DNA of 64,000 nucleotides from Carcharhinus longimanus. Taxonomy: Eukaryota. Where the stretch lies: the NCBI GenBank assembly GCA_030264375.1, contig JASCQW010000032.1:3278610-3342609 (forward strand). Direction: 5' to 3'. Of the stretch, positions 50,901 through 63,595 are shown piece by piece. Each line of letters begins with the position of its first letter. Position 1 is the stretch's first letter. A program made the translations under genes and the position numbers. The notes under the pieces were generated by a model. That model did not search any database, was not told where the DNA came from, and was given only the letters and a program-made list of their open reading frames with translations.

Positions 50901-52124
50901 ACAAGTACTTTGGGTCAGACTTTTGCATTGTCAGGCTTTCTCCAGAGACCTTTAGAGATGGCAAGTGGATCCAATTCTAAGATTCACACCCCCAGTGCGA
51001 TTTTTGCCAGCGAAGGTAATGGTTTGGGTACTGAGCCCGCACATTGTGCTCTCAACCTGTTTTTTTTGGGGGGGTGGGTTTTTCATGAACATTTCAACAC
51101 ATTATTATTGTATGAGTCGTTGGCTTGGTAAATGGTACAGACCTCATGAATGACATCTCATGTCCTCCCCCACAAAATTTCCATGGATTCCGGCCAGTTT
51201 CTTGAGGACTCATGATTCCTCAGAGAAGTCTCGATTTGTGAAGTTTAATGGGTAAGTTTAAAGGACATACCCATCCCTGCTTATACTCCATGCTACTCCC
51301 ATACCCGCTCAAACACCTCATATTCCATCTTAACCCCCATTCCCTTTCCATGGCTAGATGTCTGTTCCTTCAGATGGCCTCATTATGATTGCGTGGCTGT
51401 GTTCCCAGACTCACTGATGTAATCAGCTAAGTAGGGGATCTGATTATACATCTTGAAGGGAAGTTTTACCTTTGTTTGATTGACATCTTTGTAAGGTTAC
51501 AATAAGCTACCTTTTCTTTGTGGTGTTCCGATATCTGTGTATTTATTTGGACAAGATTAAGAGGACTGAAGTGGGAAAAATCTGCTATTAATCCTACAAA
51601 TGGTTGTGTCTAATTAGCAATTTTACAAGGTTGTCGGAGCAATGGCCCATTTTTAAAAAAAGGAGATTTTTTTGTGTGTATTTTTCAGGTTTCTTTCATG
51701 ACCATTTCAAACATTTGCCTCTGTTATTATGTGGCTCATTGGTTCTGTACATAGTGCATATTGGGTAGGTTCCTGGGTAGGGCAGAGGTGGGCCTGGGTA
51801 AGATGCTTTGCCACAGTGTTGGTGCCGACTTAAAGGGCTGAATGGCCTCTTTCTGCACTGCAGGGATTCTGTGATTCTGGTATTGTGAACTGAAGCCATT
51901 TATGATATGGTATACATATATTTACATATATGTATTTATATATATATAAAACTTAGGAAATTCATTAGTACATTTTTTGACAAGTGTAGCACTTCTGTTA
52001 AGCAGACATGTTGCAATATATTTGAGATTGAAACCAACCGTCACCTTGCCTCTGAAAACAAAGATCTGAAATCCGGCTCGGATAAATTAATAAATAAATA
52101 GTTCAATAAACTCATGGCTGAGAC

Positions 52125-52682
52125 TCTTTTCTCTGGAGCGTAGGAGGCTTAGGCGTAATCTTACAAAGGTCTATAAAATAATGAGGGGCACAGATCAGCT
52201 GGATAGTCAATATCTTTTCCTAAAGGTAGGAGAGCCTAAAACTAGAGGGCATAGGTTTAAGGTGAGAGGGGAGAGATACAAAGGGGTCCAGAGGGACAAT
52301 TTTTTTTCACGCAGAGGATGGTGAGTGTCTGGAACAATCTACCTGCGATAGTAGTAAAGTTGGATACAATAGTCTTTTAAAAAGCATTTAGACAGTTACA
52401 TGGTTAAGNNNNNNNNNNNNNNNNNNNNNNNNNNNNNNNNNNNNNNNNNNNNNNNNNNNNNNNNNNNNNNNNNNNNNNNNNNNNNNNNNNNNNNNNNNNN
52501 NNNNNNNNGGTACAATTTTGTCTTTTAAAAAGCATTTAGACAGTTACATGGGTAAGATGGGTATAGAGGGATATGGGCCAAACACAGGCAATTGGGACGA
52601 GCTCAGTGGTTAAAAAGAGAGGCGGCATGGACAAGTTGGGCTGAAGGGTCTGTTTCCATGCTGTAAACCTCTTTGATTCTAT
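52125..52682 (+). mobile_element. CR1 LINE 3' end (gapped)
   Basis: LFSLERRRLRRNL..VYKIMRGTD...KTRGHRFKVRGERYK. Confidence 0.85.
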
Positions 52683-53629
52683 GTGCAAGGACTCATCTGC
52701 TTGTGTTGGGGGAAGGCCGGGTGGGGAGAGATGGGGAGGATGTGGGGAGAGATGGGGAGCAGGCACTAATGGTGATGGGGGTGCCAGGGTTGATAGGTAG
52801 GCGATGGGGATGCCAGGGGATGATCAGTGAGGGCAAGGATGGGGATACTAGTGATGATTGTTGGGGGCGGGTGGGGAAGGCAGTTTGAGAGGCACCAGGT
52901 ACATCAATGTTGCAGGGTGGTGGAGAACTTATTCTTATCTGTGACAGCCCTGTAAAAAGGGTGCCGCAATCTCTGTGAAGTATGTTTCCAGCTCTAAGAG
53001 TCCTCGTCCCACCAGTGACACCATAAACAATGCCCACTCCTTTGATCAGGTGTTGAAGTGTCAAGATCTGGAGAGAAAATAGATCAGTGAAACTGGAGAA
53101 CTTCATGCCAGTTTTCTCACCAGAACTGACACTTCGCCAAATTCACCCCCATAGCCCGCTATTTTACTTGCAAGGCTTTAGGTCAAGGGCAATCTGGTTA
53201 GTTTAGTGAAAAGTGCTATTTTGTGTGTCATTTTGAAATGAATATTGGCGGCAACAATTTAGCAACAAAAGCTTGGCTTCCTTGGTCTATATCAAGGAAA
53301 CTCTTAATCTTCCTCATTTTTGTTCTCTAGGCATTGCTGAACAAAAATAAGGCTGAACCAATATGAAACCTGTGAGGAGTCATCTTTGACCATCCATGAG
53401 GTCAATTTATTTTGCTATATTAAACTGGTTTTATGAGCAGAATCTTAACTGGAAAGGTAAGGGAGAGATTGGGTACAGGAAGGGGGTTAAATCTCCCAGG
53501 AAAGGCAGCATGTCAGAAACCCAACATGATCAAGCTTCTACAGACACACTTGGGAAGCACCCATGAATCTATTGTCTAAAAATGTTAAGAGCCAATTTAT
53601 GCAGACTTTCACCAACATGAAACTGTTAA

Positions 53630-55380
53630 GAACATAAGAAATAGGAGCAGGAATAAGCCATTTGGCCTCTTGGTAATGCTCTGCCGTTCAATAAGATCAT
53701 GGCTTATCTGATTGTGGCCTTGACTTCACTTTGCTGACTGACCCCTAACCTTTGACTCCTGTGAAGATCAAAAATCCAACTTAACTCAGTCCTGAATATA
53801 TTCCACTGGTCTCTGGGTGGAAAATTCCAAAGATTGGCAACCTTCTTGGAGAAGATATCCTTTCTGTCTTAAATAGGAGTTCCATTATTTTTAAATTGTA
53901 CTTCTTAGTTCTACATTTTCCAATGAAAATAAATATCCCCACACCATTGTGACAATACTGTGCCTTTGAGAAAGGTATTTGAGTCATGTTCCTGTTCCAG
54001 GAACTATTGCAGTAGTTCTGTGCACTCAGAGCCATTCTGTATGTAACTCACCTCCTATATTGTTGTTGTAGCAGCATAATTGCTTTATCCGAACTAATGC
54101 TGTTCTTGGTATTTCCCTGGGATTTTGCAGAGTGGGGCTTGATTAGATTAATTGACAGGTAATGTCATATGACTGAACACAGCTAGACTTACCCAGAGAA
54201 CCCAAGCTCAGTCTGCTTTTTTGGGAAAAGTGCCTGTCTTTTCCACTCATTAAAGTTGGAGACTGGCAAGTGATGAGTTTCGTTCTCAAGATTCTGCTAT
54301 ATGAGAGTGGATCTTACTTCAGAATTGCTATTTAAGAAGTTGCAGAGGGATATGTATCCCTTTCTGCCTCTAAAGTCTGGAGACAGGGACCTGCCAGAGA
54401 CTAGATTTATTTCTTTGACATGTTGCTATTTTGAGGGTATATTCTTCTCTGAAAACTGTTGTGTGGATCTTTGTCCAAAAGTCAAACAGCTGGAAATCTA
54501 GCATCACATAAGCATCTTCGATTTCTATGCTAACTGGTTCTACAGAAGGGATTTATGCCTATGGGGGAATATTGCTGAATTGGAACAATAGAGATAGCTA
54601 GCTGTTACGAATTATACTTCGTCATGTTTAAGTATTTTAATTGGTAAAAGCTTTGCTAGTTTTTATTATGGTCTGTATTCCCAAATAAAGTTTTTTTTCA
54701 ATAAAAACCTGCTAGTGGGTCAATTACATCATACCTGGAGTGAGACACCTTATGCTCACCAATGCCAAAATCAAATGCAGCAGTTGGGATCTAGGCTACC
54801 CGCGCAATATATCTTGGAGATTTTGGTCTGGTCCTTAACAACAGCCTTCCTCTGAAGATCCCTCAGGATCATACTTCTAATCTAAACCAAACCTGCTCAA
54901 CCTTTCCTTATAAGACAACACCTTCATCCCAACCAAGTAAACCTTTTTTGAACTGCTCCAATTGCAAGTATATCCCTCCTTAAATAAGGAGAGCAAAACG
55001 GTATGCAATACTCTAGGTACGGTCTTACCAATGTCCTGTACAGTTGTAGTTAGACTTGCCCATTTTTCTACTCCATTCCCCTTGCATTAAGGCCAACATT
55101 CTATTTGCCTTCCTAATTACGTGCTATGCCTGCTTGGTAACTTTGTGAGATTCAAGCACACAAGACCTTCTGTTATGCAGCATTCTGCAGTCACTCCGTA
55201 TTTAAATATTCTGCTTTCCAAGTCTTCAAAAGTGGACAATGTAACATTTTCCACATTACACTACATCTGCAAAATTTTTGCCCACCCACTTAACCTATGT
55301 ACATCACTATCCAGATGCTTGTGCATGCCTCAGAACTTGTTTTGTATCATCAGGAAATCTGGTTACAATAAGATGCTCCT
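53630..55380 (-). mobile_element. CR1 LINE interrupted by an LTR-like insert
   Basis: CR1 3' UTR at 53630 and an LVRPYLEYC motif at about 55000-55030 on the minus strand. Confidence 0.7.
53948..54840 (+). mobile_element. Probable solo LTR
   Basis: Starts TGTGA and ends TAACA, has AATAAA signals near 54685-54705, and interrupts an otherwise colinear CR1. No clear TSD. Confidence 0.5.
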
Positions 55381-55659
55381 GATCACTTATAATGTGCACT
55401 TCACCTGTGACAGCCTAGCTATCTCCCTCAGAGACTCCACTGTGCTGTATGTATCTGAGCGGGTGAATGGTGTGCATGAGTCATGGTGATGATGCTTCCT
55501 CAGACAACACAACCTTACCTGAGGACTCCTCTGTCTACTCTCAAAATGATCACATCAATAGGAAATGGAGTGAGTGATTTGTTGCGGGAAAAGTACTACA
55601 TTCAGATCTTAACCTAAAGCTGTCCTTTGCTATTAAGAGATTTCTCAGTGCCACGGATA

Positions 55660-56565
55660 AAGTCATCGAGGTTTACAGCATGGAAACAGACCCTTAGGTC
55701 CAACTTGTCCAAGCTGCCCAGTTTTTACCACTAAGTTAGTCCCAATTGCCCACGTTTGGCCCATATCCCTCTATACCCATCTTACTCAGGTAACTGTCTA
55801 AATGCTTTTCAAAAGACAAAATTGTACCGGCCTCTACTACTACCTCTGGCAGCTCCTTCCAGACACTCGCCACCCTCTGAGTGAAAAAAATTGCCCCTCT
55901 GATCCCTTTTGTATCTCTCCCCTCTCACCTTAAACCTTTGCCCTCTAGTTTTAGACTCCCCTTCCATTGGAAAAAAATGTTGACTATCTACTTTATCTGT
56001 GCCCCTCATTATTTTGTAGACATCTATAACAACACCCCTTGGTCTTCTACACTCCAGGGCAAAAAGTCCCAGTCTATCCAGTCTTTCCTTATAAATCAAA
56101 CAGTCAAGTCCCAGTAGTAAATCTTTTCTGCACTCTTTCTAGTTTAATAATATCATTTCTATAATAGGGTGACCAGAACTGTACACAGTATNNNNNNNNN
56201 NNNNNNNNNNNNNNNNNNNNNNNNNNNNNNNNNNNNNNNNNNNNNNNNNNNNNNNNNNNNNNNNNNNNNNNNNNNNNNNNNNNNNNNNNNNTCTTTTCTG
56301 CTCTCTTTCTAGTTTAATAATATCCTTTCTATAATAGGGTGACCAGAACTGTACACAGTATTCCAAGTGTGGCTTTACCAATGTCTTGTACAACTTCAAC
56401 AAGACGTCCCAACTCTTATATTCAGCATTCTGACCAATGAAACCAAGCATGCCGAATGCCTTCTTCACCACTCTGTCCATCTGTTTCTCCACTTTCAAGG
56501 AGCTATGAACCTGTACCCCTAGATCTCTTTGTTCTATAACTCTCCCCAATGCCCTACCATTAATG
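55660..56565 (-). mobile_element. CR1 LINE 3' region (relatively young)
   Basis: EQRDLGVQVHSSLK...KAFGMLGFI...LYKTLVKPHLEYCVQFWSPYYRKDI...RLDRLGLFALE. Confidence 0.9.
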
Positions 56566-56579
56566 CAGGATGCAGAAGA

Positions 56580-58800
56580 TAACCTGGTTCCCCAAGTACC
56601 ATTAACCTCTGTAATAACTCCGATTCACCAAATAGGTAAGCAACAACTGCAGTTTATATTTATATGCAAAATAATAGTGATTTTGTAGCCTTGTGCTGCT
56701 AGTCAACTTCCAGGGTCAAATCTACTGGGCAAGCCTGGGCTTGTTAGGGTGATCCGTCACCCTGGGCCATGTGATCCTCTCCACAGTTTGACCCTTCAAG
56801 GGGACAAGCACTCAACTAACAACTTCCTTTGGATGGCCTCATTATTTAACCCGCAGACTAACCTGTCTCTCAGCATATCGTTCTGAGTGGCTCCGAAGTT
56901 GGAGTGCACTGAGATCTGTCCCAGCTTGGTAATATAGGTTGCAGTGGTCTCCCCTGAGGCTCATCCCATTGAATTAAACTTAAACCACTATAGGATGACT
57001 GAGGGCTTCACCAAATCAACTATCTCTGTGGATGATGTGGGATCGAGCACATTTGGGACTGTGAGCTGCAAATTAAATTGTAGGCCTGGGCCCCACACGT
57101 GCTTGGAGGACTGCCTTTCTCTTCCATTCCTCCTTTATTCAGTTAGCCTGAAAGTAATAGCCCAAATGCTGAATATGTTGTGTCTAATCCTCCACGAGGC
57201 ATCAAAGCGATCAGTCCATCTGAATAGGGGCATATCTGCAAGTACTTCTATGTTTCTGAACCTAGACTCAACTTCACTCGGGTTTTATACTCACGATTTT
57301 GAGACCGCCATTTTTTTATCCTCATCGCCAATATAATAACTCCAGTTTACCAGTTAGGTAAATGACAACTGTAACATTTATTTACATACAACTATAACAC
57401 AAAAGTTTTGCGGCCTTGTGCTACCAGTCAGTTCCCAGAATCAAATCTGCTAGGTATGCCCAGATGTGTGATTCTATGCCCTGATTGGTTACCTGGATCA
57501 TGTAAACCTCTCTGCAGTTAATCCTTAAAGGGGACAAACACCACACACCTCCGAAACTGCACCTTGAGCTACACTTTAATGATGGCTTTATATTTGGAGA
57601 ACAGACATTGACATCCTTTCTCTGGCAAGAGTGCAAACTCTTTACTTACATACCAGCCACAAGGTTGAGAAATGATGCCTTCTAGGTTGCCACTAGAGGC
57701 ACTTTACATTCATGAGAAGTCTAACATCTGATGATACATCTATATCTTGTTCAGTTGATGAAAGTGTTGAAGGTCTTGCAAGTACAATATCTGTCACTTG
57801 TTTGATACAGATTTCCTTGTGTTGTGCATGATCCTGGAGTGGCTTAGAATGTTCTGGAGACATGTAAGTTGCATGCTATAGTAACTTTCGGTTCAGCAGT
57901 AACAGCTGCAGGTTAGCCCATAAAATGTGGTACAATGACAGCTTGAAATGCATAGAGAATGTAACTAAGGCAGGTCTCCTCTAACGTGCCGAGGTGCAAA
58001 AGGAGGAGGGAAACATAGAATCCCTACAGATGGGGCGGGGGGGGCAGCAGGCTCATCGAGCCGACACCAACAACAGTTCCACCCATGCCCTATTCTCGCA
58101 ACTCCACATATTTACCCCTGTTGGCTCCCTGACAATTAGGGGCAATTTAACATGGCCAATGTACCTAAGCCACACATCTTTGGAGTTGGGAGGAAACCGG
58201 AGCACCCAGAGGAAACCCACACAGACAGGGGGAGAGCGTGCAAACTCCACACAGTGACCCAAGGTCAGAATTGAATCCAGATACCTGGCACTGGGAGGCA
58301 GCAGTGCTAACCACTGTGCCACCGTTTCCCCCCTCCCCCCCGCCCCCCAAGCATGAGCAGAAAGTGGCAGGTGTCACTGAAACTGCATTTGGATTTGGTA
58401 ATCACATGTGGACTTCACATCCTAATCTGGAGCATCCTGTGAGTTCAGAATTCGGTAACGAGTATTTGTTTCATTTGTTGCAATTTATATGTCAAGCAAT
58501 AATCAAAATGCAGAAGTAAAGCATTGGCAGCAAGAGCAAACCCACAAAAATGGCATAGATCCCAGCAAAAATAACTACTGGACCGAGTAAAATGCAGTAA
58601 ACTTGTTCCGGAAATGAACAAAAGTCTCTAATGTTTAACAACTAACAGGATCTTTAAGAACGCTACCAAAATCAAAGATTTTCCAATATGTGCAGTCATC
58701 TGGACATTCAATGTGCTGTGACAATCCATCATTCGCACATTTGGAATTGCAGTAAGGGACCACATATGAAAAATTTCTCAATGGTCATGAGAACAGTGGC
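56580..58800 (-). mobile_element. Possible highly decayed LTR-retrotransposon (Gypsy-like) debris
   Basis: Only a QLLLLNRKL stretch near 57880-57910 resembling the integrase SPAELLxNRKL motif. Weak. Confidence 0.25.
58012..58325 (-). mobile_element. HE1/V-SINE
   Basis: Reverse full-length copy. Confidence 0.85.
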
Positions 58801-59335
58801 ATGCGGTCGTTTCTGTGCCAGGTAGGAATTGACTATGATTTGGGCTCAGTTCCGTGAACCTAATTTCCTGTGCAGCCAGGCACTGCTGGCAGTGCCTTGG
58901 AAAACTTGCTTCTATTTATTAACCTTCTCAGTTCCTCATTGTATTTGGTAATGGGCGATGTAATAAGAGAAGAATGTTAAAACAAAACCTTTCACAGGGA
59001 GCCAGGTAACTTTTAACCAAGCGAATTATCCAAAAGCACCTGGGGTTTGCTTTTTGAATCTAAGTGTGTGTCTTTTGTTGTCCCAAACAAAATACTTGAA
59101 CACTAGCCTTGAAGAGATAGGCCAGATTAGTAGATAAACATTACAATCATTTCCGTAGCCAAATTACCCACAAACAGTGCCAAGGGAGATCAAGCTATGT
59201 AGCATTGCAGCTGACTAGGTTTGCCACTTTTATTCNNNNNNNNNNNNNNNNNNNNNNNNNNNNNNNNNNNNNNNNNNNNNNNNNNNNNNNNNNNNNNNNN
59301 NNNNNNNNNNNNNNNNNNNNNNNNNNNNNNNNNNN

Positions 59336-59465
59336 GAAACCGGAGCACCCAGAGAAAATCCACGCAGATGCGGGGAGAACGTGCAGACTCCCCACAGCAG
59401 TGACCCAAGCCGGGAATTGAACCCAGGACCTGGGCACAGTGCTAACCGCTGTGCCGCCATGCCAC
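59336..59465 (-). mobile_element. HE1/V-SINE 5' part
   Basis: Reverse head and V domain next to a gap. Confidence 0.8.
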
Positions 59466-59531
59466 CTCATTTTTGTACCCATTTGATATTTCTATCCTAG
59501 TTTTCACACACACTGCAGCTTTGAAAGAACA

Positions 59532-59737
59532 GTAAGTAGTCTCACAACACCAGGTCCAACAGATTTGTTTGGTAGCACAATGTTTTGGAGCACTGCCCCT
59601 TCATTAGGCACTCACCTGATGAAGGAGCAGTGCTCCGAAAGCTCATGCTACTGAATAAACCTGTTGGATTTTAACCTGGTGTTGTGGGACTACTTACTGT
59701 ATCTATCCCGGTCCAACGCCAGCAACTTCACATCATG
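59532..59737. mobile_element. 206-bp palindromic Penelope-derived mini-element with a hammerhead core (+ strand 59613-59647) and a 14-bp TSD
   Basis: gctttgaaagaaca at 59518-59531 and 59738-59751. About 80-bp inverted arms. CAC-CTGATGA-A-GGAGC-agt-GCTCC-GAAA-GC-TC-ATG. Confidence 0.85.
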
Positions 59738-60569
59738 GCTTTGAAAGAACATTGTGGTCAATTCTCGTCCCTTACTGACTGGAGTCGCTTTCCTGCTGGA
59801 GTTGGTGCCTGAACTCCTCTCAGTATCTCTCTGCTGGGATCCCAGTGTGTAACACCAGTGCTCCATGGGTTGTAGAAGGGGCTCAAAGCAAGCAGCATCC
59901 ATTGGCCACACATTGGGCTCCCCCAGCACACACTGGCTATTTCTGAGGAGGAGGTTTAAAACTCCTGCGCTGATTCCCAAGACTGGTGTGGCAGTATGAG
60001 ATTCTGATTGCCCTGTCGCCACCATCCCTACCCCTTGGCACTGCCGCCATGGACCACGTGCCTGCCTCCTTCCAGTCATGCAGCTACACATACTCACTGC
60101 ACAGCTCATAATCATAAACAATCTCGGAGAAATACACCAATCTCATGGGAGGAAACACAAAATAGCACAACACGGAGGCACACACAGTGAATAATTCGAC
60201 CAGGGCAGGTTTGGGAACTTAATTCTCCACATTTGCTTCATTCACTGGCAATATTTAATCAAAATGACAATCTGGTCGCTGACGGGAGGATTGGAGAGTG
60301 AACTGGTACAAGGTGAGTTGTCCACAGTATTAATACCTTTTCCAACTGTGACTTATAGTCATGAGGTCATTCACTGTTTAAAAGATAGGAATGTACAGAA
60401 TTACTTAAGTTAATTGGATCTGCTTCCTGCTGGTTAGCTTTTAATGAGTGTTTTTTGTTCACTACTGGTTAAAAAAAATGCCACTGTTGCTAAAACAACC
60501 TTGGAACCTGCAAAGTGGTGTATAAACATTGCTTGAAGTGTCCCCACTGCCCATATCGCAGCTTTCCAC

Positions 60570-61352
60570 ATGAGGGTTAGGTGGATTGGCAGGGGATCTA
60601 GCTAGGGTAAATGCATGGGGTTATGGGGATAGGGCTTGGGTAGGATTGTGGTCAGTGCAGACTTGATGGGCCAAATGGCCTCCTTCTGCACTGTAGGGAT
60701 TCTATTGATTCTATTGATAATAACCAGGCCACAAAATGTACACCACTTCCAATATCGAGCACGTGTTTTATTAGCTATTACACTTAGAGCGCTTGCCTCT
60801 TCCTCCTCCTTTAGACTTATCGAATAAAATTATTTTTGTTGCCTTATTCACTGAAACTTTCCGATTTAACCTCACAGCATCCGAGACCTGGGTTTGATTC
60901 CGGCCTCGGGTGGCTGTGTGGAGTTTCCTCCAAGTGCTCCAGTTCCCTCCCACACTTCAAAGATGTGCAGGTTAGGAGGATTGACAATGCTAAATTGCCC
61001 CCTTGGTGTCCAAAAATGTGTAGATTAGTTTATTTATTAGGCTGATAAGTAGGCTAACATTTACATTATAATGAAGTTACTGTGAAAATCCCCTAGTTGC
61101 CACACTCCGGCACCTGTTCGGGTTCACTGAGGGAGAATGTAGCATGGGCAATGCATCCAACTTTCAGACTGTGGGAGAAACTGGAGCACGTGGAGGAATC
61201 CCACACAGACACGGGGTTAGTGTGGGGATTACTGGGATAAATATGCAGGGTTATGGGGCTAGGGCAAGATTAAGGGTCTGACTAAGATGCTCTGTCAGGA
61301 AGTTGGTGCTGATTCAATGGGCTGAATGGCCTCTTTGTGCACTGTAGGGATA
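60570..61352. mobile_element. SINE cluster: a SINE tail, then a + V-SINE (60868-61352) with a nested minus-strand alternative-tail V-SINE (about 61030-61216)
   Basis: The + copy is interrupted after ccttggtgtccaaaaatgtgtagattag and resumes at ttagtgtggggattactggg. Confidence 0.75.
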
Positions 61353-61949
61353 ATTTTTTTGAAAGAATCACACACGGTTTAAGTAATCACAAGGGATATT
61401 CAGAACTGACTGACTCAAAATACTCAATCAACATGGACAATAAGAAGGTAAGAAGATATCAAATGAGAACAACCTATTGCAGATTAAACTCAATGGTCTA
61501 AATGTTTGTTGCTACCTTCCTTTGTTCCTATCTGTGCTATTACGTCAAAATACTCACAGGAAATTTCCATTGTCATCTTTCCAACTTGCAGCTAAGATGA
61601 CTAATTGAAGGTAAAACTTCCAAGAAAGTAACGTCTTGCTATTTTGACTAGATGGGAATATTTTTAACGCAATTCCAGTATGTCGCTTGTCACTAAATCA
61701 TTCCTCCCTTTTTTAAAGGTGGGTTTTCAAAATCTGCCAGGTGGATTTAGCACGTAGCCTTTATTTCAGGCATATGTACGTTCCAGGAATATCTAAACTG
61801 CTGAGATTCATCTCAAACTCCAATGTATGGTGTGACACAAATGCGCTGAAATTTTAACACAATTTTGACAACTGATGTTGGTGATATTATAGTGACAGCT
61901 GAATGCTGAAGTTCTTTGGCGCAGATGTAACATGTTGAGATTGAATGTT

Positions 61950-62516
61950 GAGTCATTGGGAAAACGTTGTGGGGTGCGTCTCCCAGCACTGCTGGACTAG
62001 CGCAGTGGGCTGGGAGACATCAGCAGGGACACTTCCATGGGCTTCCCGCTGGGCATCGAGGCCTCTAGGAGTCTCCACAACTAGGATTTCCAGCGTAACC
62101 AGCCCTGCGCTGGAAATAGCCGCTGAGCTGATTACAATACCGAAATCCCTTTCGCATTTGATTAGCGGGCCCAGGACTGAAGCCCGGGGAGGTCTGGGAG
62201 GCCAGCGATCGGGGAGTGGTGGTGGAGGTGGGGGCTGGTATTGGAAGACCAGCGATGGCTGGGGGCTGCTCGGTAATCGGGCTGGCCAGCAATGGGGAAA
62301 CCGGCAATGTGGGGCCACCGCTGCACTTGCACTGGTCTCCGAGCTGACAGATCGCAAGCCCACCCCCCCCTGATTTTTAGAGTGAACCTGGCGGCACTCT
62401 ATGACTCACGGACTGGCAGAGATTCATTTTGGAAAGCATGCTGAAAAAGAACAGCGGGATTTATTCCTTCACCCGCATGTTGGGGAGTTTAAAAGTTTTT
62501 GGGAGAATCCCAGCCT
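61950..62516. mobile_element. GC-rich non-autonomous TIR-type element
   Basis: GC-rich block ending in gggagaatcccagcc, the same terminus class as 4368-4549. Confidence 0.45.
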
Positions 62517-62914
62517 ATGTATCGGTTATAGAACTATTATAGTGCTGCACACATGACTATGATTGCATGGCCGCTATGAATATTTCAATCATCTGCGTAA
62601 CATCTTTTAACCAAACCTCAAGCACAATGCATCATTCAGCTGTAATTATTTGAAGCTCTTCTGGTTTTTCATAACTCAGCCTGCAAGGACCGAGATAAAA
62701 GGGAAAACAGATACAGAGGCCTTCACGGAATATGTTAAAGAGCCTTTGAACATCAACAATTCTTAAGACGTTGCTTGGGCCCTGCAGAGAGTAAAGAGTT
62801 TGCTTTAAATTGCTTTTCAATTGCCATTTCTCTCCAACAAATCAATTCCCACATTTCATCAGACTGATTTCTACAGAAAGCTTCGATGCTCCATAAAATC
62901 TGAACTTTAAGTCT

Positions 62915-63140
62915 GTTATTATTTATTAGTGTCACAAGTAGGCTTACATTAACACTGCAATGAAGTTACTGTGAAAATCTAGTGCCTGTTTGGGTACATT
63001 TAGGGAGAATTTAGCATGGATAATGCATCTAACCAGCACATCTTGGAGGAAACCAGAGGAAACCCAGTCAGAGGTGGGAGAACATGCAGACTCCCGCATA
63101 GACAGTGACCCAAACTGGGAATCAAACCCAGGTCCTTGTG
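62915..63140 (-). mobile_element. V-SINE with the alternative tail
   Basis: tttattagtgtcacaagtaggcttacattaacactgcaatgaagttactgtgaaaatc followed by a reverse V domain. Confidence 0.8.
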
Positions 63141-63509
63141 CCCACTTTGATGAAGCCCTGAAGATATTTCCTTTTGTTGCCACCAGCTTGCATTTATATA
63201 GATCTTTCAACATGGGAAACCTCCTTGAGGGACTTCACAGAGAGAGATAACTAAAATAGTCTACAAATTATGTTGATTGTAGTGGTAACCAAATGTTGGA
63301 TTGAGATTCAACCAAGCAGAACTAATCTAAACTATTACTCTGCCAATTGTTGGAGCTGGCCTGCTACTGGCATTTTTGAAAAATAGTTAGAGGTTTATAG
63401 ATAATTGTATCATCGTGCTTTCAAAATCATTTTTCATGTTATGGATTATTGGCAGCATTCAGTGCTCTCGAGGTTTAAAAGTATGTTGTCATTTGCGTCT
63501 TTGTTTCAG

Positions 63510-63595
63510 GTTAAATACTTTTCGTGACATACCTGATTTCCGAATCCTAGCCTGTGGAGGAGATGGAACTGTAGGATGGATACTGGATTGTATTG
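63510..63595 (+). CDS. DGKG: DGK catalytic-domain exon with the ATP-binding motif ([29 protein letters not shown])
   Basis: tttcag acceptor, G|gtattt donor, 86 nt, phase 2-1. Contains the GGDGT motif. Confidence 0.95.
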
